Source: a virus
Lineage: Duplodnaviria > Caudoviricetes
Length of the DNA stretch: 27,217 nucleotides
Virus record (IMG/VR): IMGVR_UViG_3300044448_000433
Span: 1-27,217 of that record
Reading direction: 5' to 3' (one strand)
Part shown: piece after piece, positions 14,728 to 22,891 of the stretch
Layout of the letters: every line of letters starts with the position of its first letter
How positions within the stretch are numbered: the first letter of the stretch is position 1
The notes under the pieces: model-generated
What the model saw: the letters and a program-made list of their open reading frames with translations, nothing else
Databases searched by the model: none
What the model was told of the DNA's origin: nothing
Translations under genes and position numbers: made by a program

Positions 14728-16218
14728 ATGGAAATAACACAAGATCAATTTACAGCTAACCTGAATGCAATGCCTCAAGAAGCGCAGGTACAGGTCATAG
14801 AAATTATCGAAAACAATGAACCTCCTGCGCTGCAAGCGTTTGCTGCTAGCTTGGGCGTTACGCTTTCGATGGGTGAAGAGCCAATGGCAGAAGAGCCAAT
14901 GCCGCAGGAGCAACCCTCTGTACTTGATGAAGTAATGGCAGAAGAGCCTGTAGCACCAGAGGAACCTGCCCCGGTAGAAGCACCTCTGCCAGAAGAGTCT
15001 CCCATGCAGGACCAGATGCAACAGTTAGCCCTTGGCGATCAGGTAGCCGGTATGATTGATCAGCCGGGAGCAGAAAATCAGACAGGTGTAGCTGATGATG
15101 TACCCATGAATGCAAGGGAAGGCGCGTACATTGTAAACGCAGCCGCTATTGCAAAGGTGGGTAAAAAGGACTTTGAAGAGCGCATCATTGAACCTGCTAT
15201 TGAATACCTAAAAGAAAAAGAGGGTATAGAGATAGACAAAGCTAATATTACAAGGCCAGCACAGCAGGTTAATGGTGAGCAAAAAATACTGGCTTCAAAT
15301 AAAGAGTACCATATTCCTCCAGAATTAGCCGAAGTGATAGGTACGGACCTGCTTGACAAGATTAACAAGCGTGGTGAAGCGGAGACAGAGAAGAAGTTGG
15401 AAGAGCAAAAACAGCAGCCCCAGCAAAAGCAGGAAGCCCCCATACGGGCTAGCATAGGAACTCCGGGAGGCATATCTAAAAAAAAAGTTGACCCAAGAGA
15501 AGAAGCAAAAAAAAAATTAAGGGTTAGAGAAAATGATCGTTTAGAAAAAGGAAAAGATACAACTTCTACAGCAGAAAAATTATTTAAAAAAGAAAGATTT
15601 TTAACAATTGGTTTCGGTCATAGAGTTGTTCCTAAAGAATCCTCTACACTGTTTCAAAAGCTTTTCAAAGTTTCTCCTCAAGATGCTTCACGTATAGTCA
15701 ATGGAAAGCTTGCAATTACTAGAGATCAAGCATTAAAACTGTTTGATTTTGATTATGATACTAAAGAAAAAGATGTAATTAGGCGTGTTGGTGGCGAACA
15801 GGTTTATAGAAATTTACCTACAGAAGTTCAAGGAGTTTTTGTAGATGCAAACTTTAGAGGCGACTTTATAAAGACAGATAAAAAAGGCAGCATCGTCAAA
15901 CAAGAGTGGGTTAAACATGCTCTTAACGGAGACTATGCAGCCGCTTCAGCAGAAGTTTTAAATCACGATGAACTTAAAGCTAACCCCAAAAGTGGAATAG
16001 CAAAGAGGTTGAGAGATTATAGCAAGACTCTTGCATCTTTTGCTGTAAACAGCCCACCCGAAGGAAGAACACCTCTTGCGTTAGAGAAAGCCCCTCCAGC
16101 GCGGGAAACACAGACAAATAATATTAGAGTTTCGCCAGAAAGCGTTAATAGAAGCTTTATGGCAGAAAGTCCCGATCAAGACCCAAGATTGCGGACACCC
16201 CCTGCAGCCACCCGTTGA
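14728..16218 (+). CDS. Putative internal virion protein with C-terminal T4-type (GH24) lysozyme domain
   Basis: Acidic Pro/Glu N-terminus; DDVPMNAREGAYIVNAAA motif; then LRVRE(x8)DT...TIGFGH, ITRDQALKLF, ALNGDYAAASAEVL, matching the T4 lysozyme pattern. Confidence 0.8.
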   Translation: MEITQDQFTANLNAMPQEAQVQVIEIIENNEPPALQAFAASLGVTLSMGEEPMAEEPMPQEQPSVLDEVMAEEPVAPEEPAPVEAPLPEESPMQDQMQQLALGDQVAGMIDQPGAENQTGVADDVPMNAREGAYIVNAAAIAKVGKKDFEERIIEPAIEYLKEKEGIEIDKANITRPAQQVNGEQKILASNKEYHIPPELAEVIGTDLLDKINKRGEAETEKKLEEQKQQPQQKQEAPIRASIGTPGGISKKKVDPREEAKKKLRVRENDRLEKGKDTTSTAEKLFKKERFLTIGFGHRVVPKESSTLFQKLFKVSPQDASRIVNGKLAITRDQALKLFDFDYDTKEKDVIRRVGGEQVYRNLPTEVQGVFVDANFRGDFIKTDKKGSIVKQEWVKHALNGDYAAASAEVLNHDELKANPKSGIAKRLRDYSKTLASFAVNSPPEGRTPLALEKAPPARETQTNNIRVSPESVNRSFMAESPDQDPRLRTPPAATR

Positions 16219-16272
16219 TACAACGGCCCTGCTAGACTAACCCAACTGCGGCTACCCCTCAGAGGCCCCGCA
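16204..16272 (+). promoter_or_regulatory. Two tandem hairpins sharing a C(C/T)AC / CC internal loop, directly 5' of the scaffold SD
   Basis: GCAG-CCAC-CCGTTG-ATA-CAACGG-CC-CTGC (16204-16232) and TGCGG-CTACC-CCT-CAG-AGG-CC-CCGCA (16247-16272), then AAGGAGG. Confidence 0.55.
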
Positions 16273-16282
16273 AGGAGGAAAA

Positions 16283-17122
16283 ATGACTACCCAAGAACAG
16301 GAAAATCTAGGCCCCTATCGTGGCAAATATCGTTCTGAATTGAAGGATGATGTACAAGACGAACAGGCTACCCTAGAAGAAAGTGAAACTGAAGGCGAGG
16401 TTATTGATGATGAAACCATTTCCGTCTCTACAGAAGTAAAGACGGAGGAGCATGACTACAAGAAACGCTATGATGATCTCAAGAAGCATTACGATTCTAA
16501 ACTCTACGAGTGGAAAGAAGAGCGTGAACAGCTTATGCAAGGACCGCAACCTATAGAGGAATTTCCTGAAGAGGATGCGGACATTGCAAACTTTAAAGAG
16601 AATTATCCTGACGTTTACAACGTAGTTGAAGCTATGACTACTAAAAATTCTGCAAAAGAAGTTCAAGAACTAAAAGAAGAGATTGAACGTCTTTCTGCAA
16701 ATGAAGAGCAGTTACAAGCTAAAAATGCTTACCAAGCACTGTTAGCCCTGCATCCAGACTTCTCTGATATCAAGAAGTCAGACCAGTTTAAAGAATGGTT
16801 AGGAAAGCAGCCACCTAGTATTGCGGATGGAATCACCAAAAATAATAACGATGTTCAGTACGCCTCTCGCGTTCTAGATTTGTACAAAGCAGATACAGCT
16901 AGTACAAAGAAAACCAGAGGGCGTCCATCTAAGAAACAGTTAGAAGCTGCGGCAGAGGCTGTTACTCGGACTACCCCTGTTAACGTCTCTACTAATAATA
17001 GCGATGCTAATAAAAAAGTATGGACGACCTCAGAGATACGTAGACTCAAACCGCATGAGTTTGACAAGCTTGAAGCAGAGCTAGATCAGGCAAATGCGGA
17101 GGGACGTATCGTTAATGGCTAA
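16283..17122 (+). CDS. Capsid scaffolding protein
   Basis: Strong SD; acidic coiled-coil with YKKRYDDLKKHYD; C-terminal A.AEGRI; immediately upstream of the major capsid gene. Confidence 0.82.
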   Translation: MTTQEQENLGPYRGKYRSELKDDVQDEQATLEESETEGEVIDDETISVSTEVKTEEHDYKKRYDDLKKHYDSKLYEWKEEREQLMQGPQPIEEFPEEDADIANFKENYPDVYNVVEAMTTKNSAKEVQELKEEIERLSANEEQLQAKNAYQALLALHPDFSDIKKSDQFKEWLGKQPPSIADGITKNNNDVQYASRVLDLYKADTASTKKTRGRPSKKQLEAAAEAVTRTTPVNVSTNNSDANKKVWTTSEIRRLKPHEFDKLEAELDQANAEGRIVNG

Positions 17123-17142
17123 ACTTATAGAAAGGTAAGGAA

Positions 17143-18117
17143 ATGGCTGTTGGTGTATCCGCCGGTTACGGTAATCTACCGTCCGGTAATTTCCAAGCCG
17201 AAATCTATAGCCAGAAGGTTCTCAAGTTTTTCCGCCGTGCGTCAGTTGTAGAAGACATTACTAACACTGACTACGCCGGGGAAATTGAGAATTTCGGTGA
17301 CACGGTTCGCATTATGAAAGAACCGACTGTCTCCATTTCAGCGTACACCCGTGGTGCTGTGGTTACTCCGCAGGACTTGGCAGACGATGAAATTCAATTG
17401 ACTGTAGATCAGGCTCAAGCGTTTGCGTTCAAGGTAGATGATATCGAAGAACGTCAATCGCATGTTAACTTTGAGGCGCTTGCCACCTCTTCAGGTGCAT
17501 TCTCTCTCAAACGTAACTACGATAAAAACGTACTTCAGGCCATGATTGATGGTGCGGGTATCAAGGGTGCTTCTGGCTCCGTTGAAACCGACTCCAATCT
17601 TGGCACTGCAGGTACTCCTCATACGATGGATGGCAGTGATGCTGGTGATGAGGCTGTACATATCATTGCTCTTATGGCGCGTCATCTTGATCAAGCTGAT
17701 GTTCCAGAGGAAAATCGATGGTTTGTAGCGCCCCCGCGTTTCTATGAAACTCTCTACAAAGCGGGTGCTAAAATTGCTGAAGTTCAGGTAACTGGTGACG
17801 ATCAGTCCCCCATGCGTAATGGGATGCTGACGGCTCAGAAAGTTATGGGCTTCACGCTGTATAAATCCAATGCCCTTCGTCAGTCCGCTGATGCGACTAC
17901 GACTACGGACATGGTATCCCTCAGTGGCGTTGCTTCGGGCGAGAACATTGTTCTTGCGGGGCATATGTCCTCAACGGCTACTGCTAACTCCATTGCTAAG
18001 ACTGAAGTTATTCGTGATCCCGATTCCTTTGCGGATGTGGTTCGCGGTCTGCACGTATATGGCCGTAAGGTCATTCGTCCAGAAGGCTTGGTCCTTGGCA
18101 TTGTTGACTACAGCTAG
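17143..18117 (+). CDS. Major capsid protein (HK97 fold expected)
   Basis: 324 aa; FQAEIYSQKVL, ITNTDYAGEIENFGDTVRI, FAFKVDDIE, DVVRGLHVYGRKVIRPE are typical podoviral MCP motifs. Confidence 0.93.
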   Translation: MAVGVSAGYGNLPSGNFQAEIYSQKVLKFFRRASVVEDITNTDYAGEIENFGDTVRIMKEPTVSISAYTRGAVVTPQDLADDEIQLTVDQAQAFAFKVDDIEERQSHVNFEALATSSGAFSLKRNYDKNVLQAMIDGAGIKGASGSVETDSNLGTAGTPHTMDGSDAGDEAVHIIALMARHLDQADVPEENRWFVAPPRFYETLYKAGAKIAEVQVTGDDQSPMRNGMLTAQKVMGFTLYKSNALRQSADATTTTDMVSLSGVASGENIVLAGHMSSTATANSIAKTEVIRDPDSFADVVRGLHVYGRKVIRPEGLVLGIVDYS

Positions 18118-18131
18118 AGGAGGTATGAATT

Positions 18132-18611
18132 ATGGCTACTTATGATCGTACTATTTCTGGCGGTGGAACCGTTGGTCATCCTTCGCGGATGCCCTCTCCT
18201 TATGTGGTCACTTCGCAGGTCCACGATACTGCCGATGGTGGTACTGGAGGAGACGTTGTACAGCTTGTAGACGTTCCTGCAGATACCATGATTGTTGCTG
18301 GTGCGCTTGAAGTTCTTGAAGCGCGTGGTAATGGTCAGATTACCCTAGACGTTGGTGTTACTGGTGGTGATGTAGACTGTTTTATTGACGGTTCTGCATG
18401 TGCCGCTGGTTTTACGCCGTTTCTAGAAGCTGCCGTTGGAGCCTCTGGTTCTAACGCTCGTATCTTGACAAGTGCTGACACGATTGACGCCCTCATCCTT
18501 GATGGTGGTTCAACTGGTGAAAGCGCACTTCGTTTCCGCGTTCACGTTTGCATGGTTGACATTTCGCGCAACCCGCTTACGGAAGCGGCCACGGTGTCGT
18601 CGGGTACGTAA
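18132..18611 (+). CDS. Putative capsid decoration/minor structural protein
   Basis: AGGAGG SD; 159 aa, beta-rich; follows the MCP before a hairpin. Confidence 0.7.
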   Translation: MATYDRTISGGGTVGHPSRMPSPYVVTSQVHDTADGGTGGDVVQLVDVPADTMIVAGALEVLEARGNGQITLDVGVTGGDVDCFIDGSACAAGFTPFLEAAVGASGSNARILTSADTIDALILDGGSTGESALRFRVHVCMVDISRNPLTEAATVSSGT

Positions 18612-18628
18612 TCGTACTAAAGGTTTCT

Positions 18629-18665
18629 GTGGGGTTCCTTTTAAAAACCCCACCCTTCTTGCTTT
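18629..18665 (+). terminator. Possible leaky terminator after the capsid genes
   Basis: GTGGGGTT...AACCCCAC stem; the U-tract is weak (CCTTCTTGCTTT). Confidence 0.45.
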
Positions 18666-18688
18666 GATGTGAACTGACGGAGGTACAT

Positions 18689-19324
18689 ATGTTTATCAAG
18701 CTACTGACTGAAGATGAAGTAAATTTTTGTCTGGACAAGATTGACCAGAACACGTTTAAGAATGGGGAAGATACTGCCCCTGATCTAGAGGACATAAAAA
18801 GTAACAAAGAATCTAAGAGTGTCCCAGACGAGGTAAGGAAGCTAATTACAGACAAGCTGTATGATACACACTATATTGACAGCGTGTATTGTCCTACCAG
18901 AGTATCAGTAAATTTTTACAACAAGTATCTTGAAGGGGATTACTACGATTTACACGTAGATGCTTTCAAGGCAAGGCCAAAATCAAACAACGTATTTTTT
19001 GACTACGGCTGGAGCATAAACTTAACAGATGACTACGAGGGCGGGGAGTTTACACTAGCAACTCCTGTAGGTCAGATAGGTAAGAAACTAAACGCTGGAG
19101 AAGCGGTAATCTTTCCTATCATTTACCCGCACGGCGTAGAAAAAGTTACTAAAGGATTTAGGCAAAATATAATTGGATGGATGTCTTCTAACGTATCTTA
19201 CGAACAGTCTTTTATTTTGCAAAACATGTACGAAGTAAATGCCTATCTTATGAAAGCTCAGAAAGACATGTTTACAAAATCAACACTGGTTCAAACGTAT
19301 TTAAAGAAGGCTTGGGGAATGTAA
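18689..19324 (+). CDS. PKHD-type 2OG-Fe(II) oxygenase (YbiX/PiuC-like)
   Basis: GGAGG SD; HxD (LHVD), DYEGGEF, distal His (YPHGVEKVTKG), 2OG-binding Arg (FRQNIIGW), N-terminal F.NG..TA. Confidence 0.88.
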   Translation: MFIKLLTEDEVNFCLDKIDQNTFKNGEDTAPDLEDIKSNKESKSVPDEVRKLITDKLYDTHYIDSVYCPTRVSVNFYNKYLEGDYYDLHVDAFKARPKSNNVFFDYGWSINLTDDYEGGEFTLATPVGQIGKKLNAGEAVIFPIIYPHGVEKVTKGFRQNIIGWMSSNVSYEQSFILQNMYEVNAYLMKAQKDMFTKSTLVQTYLKKAWGM

Positions 19325-19325
19325 G

Positions 19326-19631
19326 GTGAAATTTCTTTTAGCAGCGGTACTTCTTTGTGTAACGGCAGGTTTTAGCCAAGCGCAACAAGCTAGCACTCTG
19401 TGTTTTCCAGTTGGCGCGCTTGAATCTCAGGCTGAAAAGCACGGAGAGTACCCTGCTTTTTCATTTAAAGATACTCAGTATAATATAACTTTTACCATGT
19501 ACATAAACCCAGTTACCGGAACATATACATTGCTTGGCGTATCTGATCTAAACCGTGAAGTAGAATGTGTAGGCTCGATTGGAACTGATTTTAAACCTGC
19601 TGTATACGAGCCTGAAGGAGTAGATTCTTGA
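19326..19631 (+). CDS. Exported or membrane-anchored hypothetical protein (GTG start)
   Basis: Signal-peptide-like MKFLLAAVLLCVTAGFSQA; a pair of Cys in the mature part. Confidence 0.7.
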   Translation: MKFLLAAVLLCVTAGFSQAQQASTLCFPVGALESQAEKHGEYPAFSFKDTQYNITFTMYINPVTGTYTLLGVSDLNREVECVGSIGTDFKPAVYEPEGVDS

Positions 19632-19984
19632 CCTCAACACTATCAAGAGCAGTACGATTAAGAAATGCTGCAGTTGCGCTTGACGGCACGAGTCAGACAA
19701 CTGTGTACACTGTTCCTGCAGGTCACGATGCTGTTCTAAAAAATATAATTATCTGTGAAACGTCAGGAAACGCCACTCCTGTAACTCTAGAGCTTACAGA
19801 TGCGAGTGCTAGTGCTACCTATAAGCTTCTTGGTAGTAAGAGCGTGGCGGCAAATGATTATGTATTACTCGCTCTAGAATTAAACTTGAACGAGGGAGAT
19901 ATCATAAAGTTAACTGCAGGAACTGCTGACAGGATAGAAGCAGTGTTAACTATAGATGAACTCTTCTTAGCCAACCACAGTTAG
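19628..19984 (+). CDS. Small beta-rich structural protein (TTG start)
   Basis: TTVYTVPAG...I.ICE...L.EGD.IK pattern common in phage structural modules; overlap-coupled. Confidence 0.75.
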   Translation: MTSTLSRAVRLRNAAVALDGTSQTTVYTVPAGHDAVLKNIIICETSGNATPVTLELTDASASATYKLLGSKSVAANDYVLLALELNLNEGDIIKLTAGTADRIEAVLTIDELFLANHS

Positions 19985-19991
19985 GCAAGCC

Positions 19992-21362
19992 ATGAATTAT
20001 GTAGAACTAATCAACGCTGTTTTGTATGACCTCAACGAAACAACTATTGCAGAGACTGCTGCTGGCTTATCCGGCACACGGGGCGTACAGACTACAGTTA
20101 AAAAAGATATAAACAAAGCTATTCGCGATATTGATGCTGAATACATACAGTGGCCGTGGCACTTCCACAACGGAAGGTACACGTTGTTTGGCGGCAAGGG
20201 CAAATACAAGTATCCGGTAAAGATAGAAGTGTCCAGTGTCAGCGGAGGCTTTACTATTAACGAAATGATTACGGGGGGTACGTCCTCTGCGAAGGGTGTC
20301 CTGCGTAGGGTGCCGCCGCATGGAGGACATACGGACGAACAGTACATGCTGATTGAGCCTGTAGAGGGTGAGTTTCAAGCGTCCGAAACTCTGACAGGAG
20401 TATCGTCCACTTTTACGGCTACATCCGGTGACATTACTTTCTGCACGGACGTAGACTATGACAGCTTTTTCTTGCGCCCCCAGAACCTTATTCGGCAGGG
20501 AGACTTTGACAAGACCTATACTCTAGGTTCTTTCTGGGACAGTAGAAGCTCAGACCCTGCAGGAACAAGCACCTCTGGAACTCCTGCCCTTAGTAATTCA
20601 GTTAGTGGTAGAACGTATGCTTCAGGAGTTTTGCGGCTAAACGCTGGGTGCGTAGATCAGGCAATACCTACCGTAGAGAACAGGACGTACCGCATTACAG
20701 CTAGGATAGCCTCTGGAACTATCTCGTCTACCTCGGAAACACTAAACGTGTTCGCAGGGTCTAGCAGTGATAAAGACTCTGACTTATCTACTACCTTTAC
20801 TATTACAAATGTTGGTGGTGGAGAGATCAAGACCGCTACGTTTACAGCCTCTACACAACAGACTTTTATTAGTCTCAGCAACACTGCTTCGCAAAACCTT
20901 GATGTAGATTTCGTAGAGGTATTTGAGGAAGATGCGTCAGCCACGCCCCTCAAGTACAAATCTTTTGAAGAGTATCACGAAGGTCTTGGGCGGCACCATT
21001 CTTCGTACAGGCAGAGCGAGTTTTTAGCCCTGTCTGCGCCAGATGACGGCTTCAATAGCCCTGACTGTGTGTACCGTGTAAGAAATGACAACTCATTTGG
21101 TATTACGCCTATACCTGAAAATACGCAGTATGACGTTCTTTTTGACTTCTACGACTCCTCTCCAGACCTATCCGTGTTTACTGATAAACCAAAAATACCT
21201 GTAAGATACCATGATGTAATTGTAGCGCGTGTAAAATACTACACGCATATTCTTAGGGGCAATGATCAGGCGGCACAGTTTGCGTTCCGCGACTATGAGA
21301 ATGGTATTCGTAGAATGAAGACTGAACTGCTAAATCAAAAAGACTACATGAGAGCCGTTTAA
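19992..21362 (+). CDS. Tail tubular protein A / adaptor, enlarged by two inserted domains
   Basis: N-terminal MNYVELINAVL..LNE...INKAIRDI...WPW and C-terminal FGITPIP...D.PKIPVRYHDVIV...GIRRMK are adaptor-like; about 220 extra central residues. Confidence 0.78.
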   Translation: MNYVELINAVLYDLNETTIAETAAGLSGTRGVQTTVKKDINKAIRDIDAEYIQWPWHFHNGRYTLFGGKGKYKYPVKIEVSSVSGGFTINEMITGGTSSAKGVLRRVPPHGGHTDEQYMLIEPVEGEFQASETLTGVSSTFTATSGDITFCTDVDYDSFFLRPQNLIRQGDFDKTYTLGSFWDSRSSDPAGTSTSGTPALSNSVSGRTYASGVLRLNAGCVDQAIPTVENRTYRITARIASGTISSTSETLNVFAGSSSDKDSDLSTTFTITNVGGGEIKTATFTASTQQTFISLSNTASQNLDVDFVEVFEEDASATPLKYKSFEEYHEGLGRHHSSYRQSEFLALSAPDDGFNSPDCVYRVRNDNSFGITPIPENTQYDVLFDFYDSSPDLSVFTDKPKIPVRYHDVIVARVKYYTHILRGNDQAAQFAFRDYENGIRRMKTELLNQKDYMRAV

Positions 21363-22891
21363 TGCCAGTACAAGCCTTTCCTGTAAACTGCGATGGCGGG
21401 TTAGTTCTCGACAAAAGTGTGTTCGTTGCAAAGCCCGGAGAAGCCATTACTCTGCAAAACTATGAACCGTCTGTGACGGGGGGCTATGCTAAGATAAAAG
21501 GCTTTAGCAAATATGATAGCAATCAGGTGACAGGCTCTGGTGGAATACTGGGAGTAGCTGTCTGGAACGACAAGGTTGTTGCGGCCAGAGATGCAAATGT
21601 TATGCACAGTTCAGGTTCTGGCTGGACTTCAATAACCACTGCCCGCTCTAGTGCTGAAAGGTACACCTTCTCAGTATATAACTGGACAGGCACTGAAAAG
21701 ATTGCAATGGCTGACGGAGTTAATGACGCAGCCACTTACGATGGTAGCACATATTTAGCTCTTACAGGAGGAGCCGGATCAGGAGCAGGTACAAAACCTA
21801 CGGCTCCTGAAGTTGTAGTAGAACACAAAAATCATCTATTCTTCTGCGGTATGACTAATAAGAGGCATCTTCTGCAGTTTAGTGCGCCCTACAGTGAAAA
21901 TGATTTTAGTGCCGCATCGGGTGCAGGAGAGATATCCATTGGCGATGAGATCGTGGGGCTGGCTACTTTCCGTGAAACTCTGGTCATCTTCTGCAAAGAC
22001 AGCATTTACAGACTAGCAGGTTCCAGTGTTTCAGACTTTGTTCTGCAGCCTGTCACACGAAACATTGGTTGTGTTTCGCGCTTTAGCATACAGGAAATAG
22101 GCGGTGATCTGATCTATCTTGCACCTGATGGTCTACGTACAGTTGCAGGTACTGAAAAGATTGGCGATACAGAACTAGGAACAGTTTCCAAACAGGTGCA
22201 GTCTAGGCTAAATGATCTTAGTGCTGTTCAGATATCCAATATCTCTTCGCATGTTATAAGACGAAAAAGCCAGTACAGGCTATATTACCCTACAACCTCT
22301 GGCACTGAAGCATCTTCAACAGGGCTGATGGCCGTTTTAAAGCGTAATTCTGAAACAGGACAAATTGGTTGGGAATACGCGGACTTAAAAGGCATTAAAC
22401 CTATGTGCGCCACTCATGGAGATATCTCTGATGAAGAACAGGTACTGCACGGGGATTACGATGGAGGCTATGTATACAAGCAAGAATCTGGTTCTACACT
22501 TGACGGAACTAATATGGCCTGTATTTACAGAACTATCGACTATAACATGGGCGATGTTGGTGTACGTAAAAATATGCAGAGAATAGTTATCAACTACATC
22601 GGAACAGGAACAGTATCCTCTGTGGACATGAACCTTGAGTATGACTACGGCGATATACTTCTTCCCAGCCCTGCCCTGTATGACTTGCTAGACCCATCCG
22701 GGTCCGCGTTTTATGGCAGTGCGCTTATGGGTACAGCAGAATATGACGCAGCAGTATACACACCTTTGTACAGACAATCTGTAGAAGGTTCAGGATTTGC
22801 TGTTGCACTAAAATTTACAGATACAAGCACAAACCCTACCTATACTCTTAAAGGGTTTTCACTAGAATTTACACCGGGAGCTAGAATGTAA
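21362..22891 (+). CDS. Tail tubular protein B / nozzle (P22 gp10- or T7 gp12-like)
   Basis: 509 aa, beta-propeller-like; NIGCVSRFSIQEIGGDLIYLAPDGLR motif; TAATG-coupled to the adaptor. Confidence 0.8.
   Translation: MPVQAFPVNCDGGLVLDKSVFVAKPGEAITLQNYEPSVTGGYAKIKGFSKYDSNQVTGSGGILGVAVWNDKVVAARDANVMHSSGSGWTSITTARSSAERYTFSVYNWTGTEKIAMADGVNDAATYDGSTYLALTGGAGSGAGTKPTAPEVVVEHKNHLFFCGMTNKRHLLQFSAPYSENDFSAASGAGEISIGDEIVGLATFRETLVIFCKDSIYRLAGSSVSDFVLQPVTRNIGCVSRFSIQEIGGDLIYLAPDGLRTVAGTEKIGDTELGTVSKQVQSRLNDLSAVQISNISSHVIRRKSQYRLYYPTTSGTEASSTGLMAVLKRNSETGQIGWEYADLKGIKPMCATHGDISDEEQVLHGDYDGGYVYKQESGSTLDGTNMACIYRTIDYNMGDVGVRKNMQRIVINYIGTGTVSSVDMNLEYDYGDILLPSPALYDLLDPSGSAFYGSALMGTAEYDAAVYTPLYRQSVEGSGFAVALKFTDTSTNPTYTLKGFSLEFTPGARM

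Noticed and set aside
18100-18135. T7-like frameshift or readthrough fusing the MCP to the next gene
   Set aside because: The next gene is in a different frame, has an in-frame TGA at 18126-18128 just before its ATG, and has its own strong SD; no slippery site was seen.
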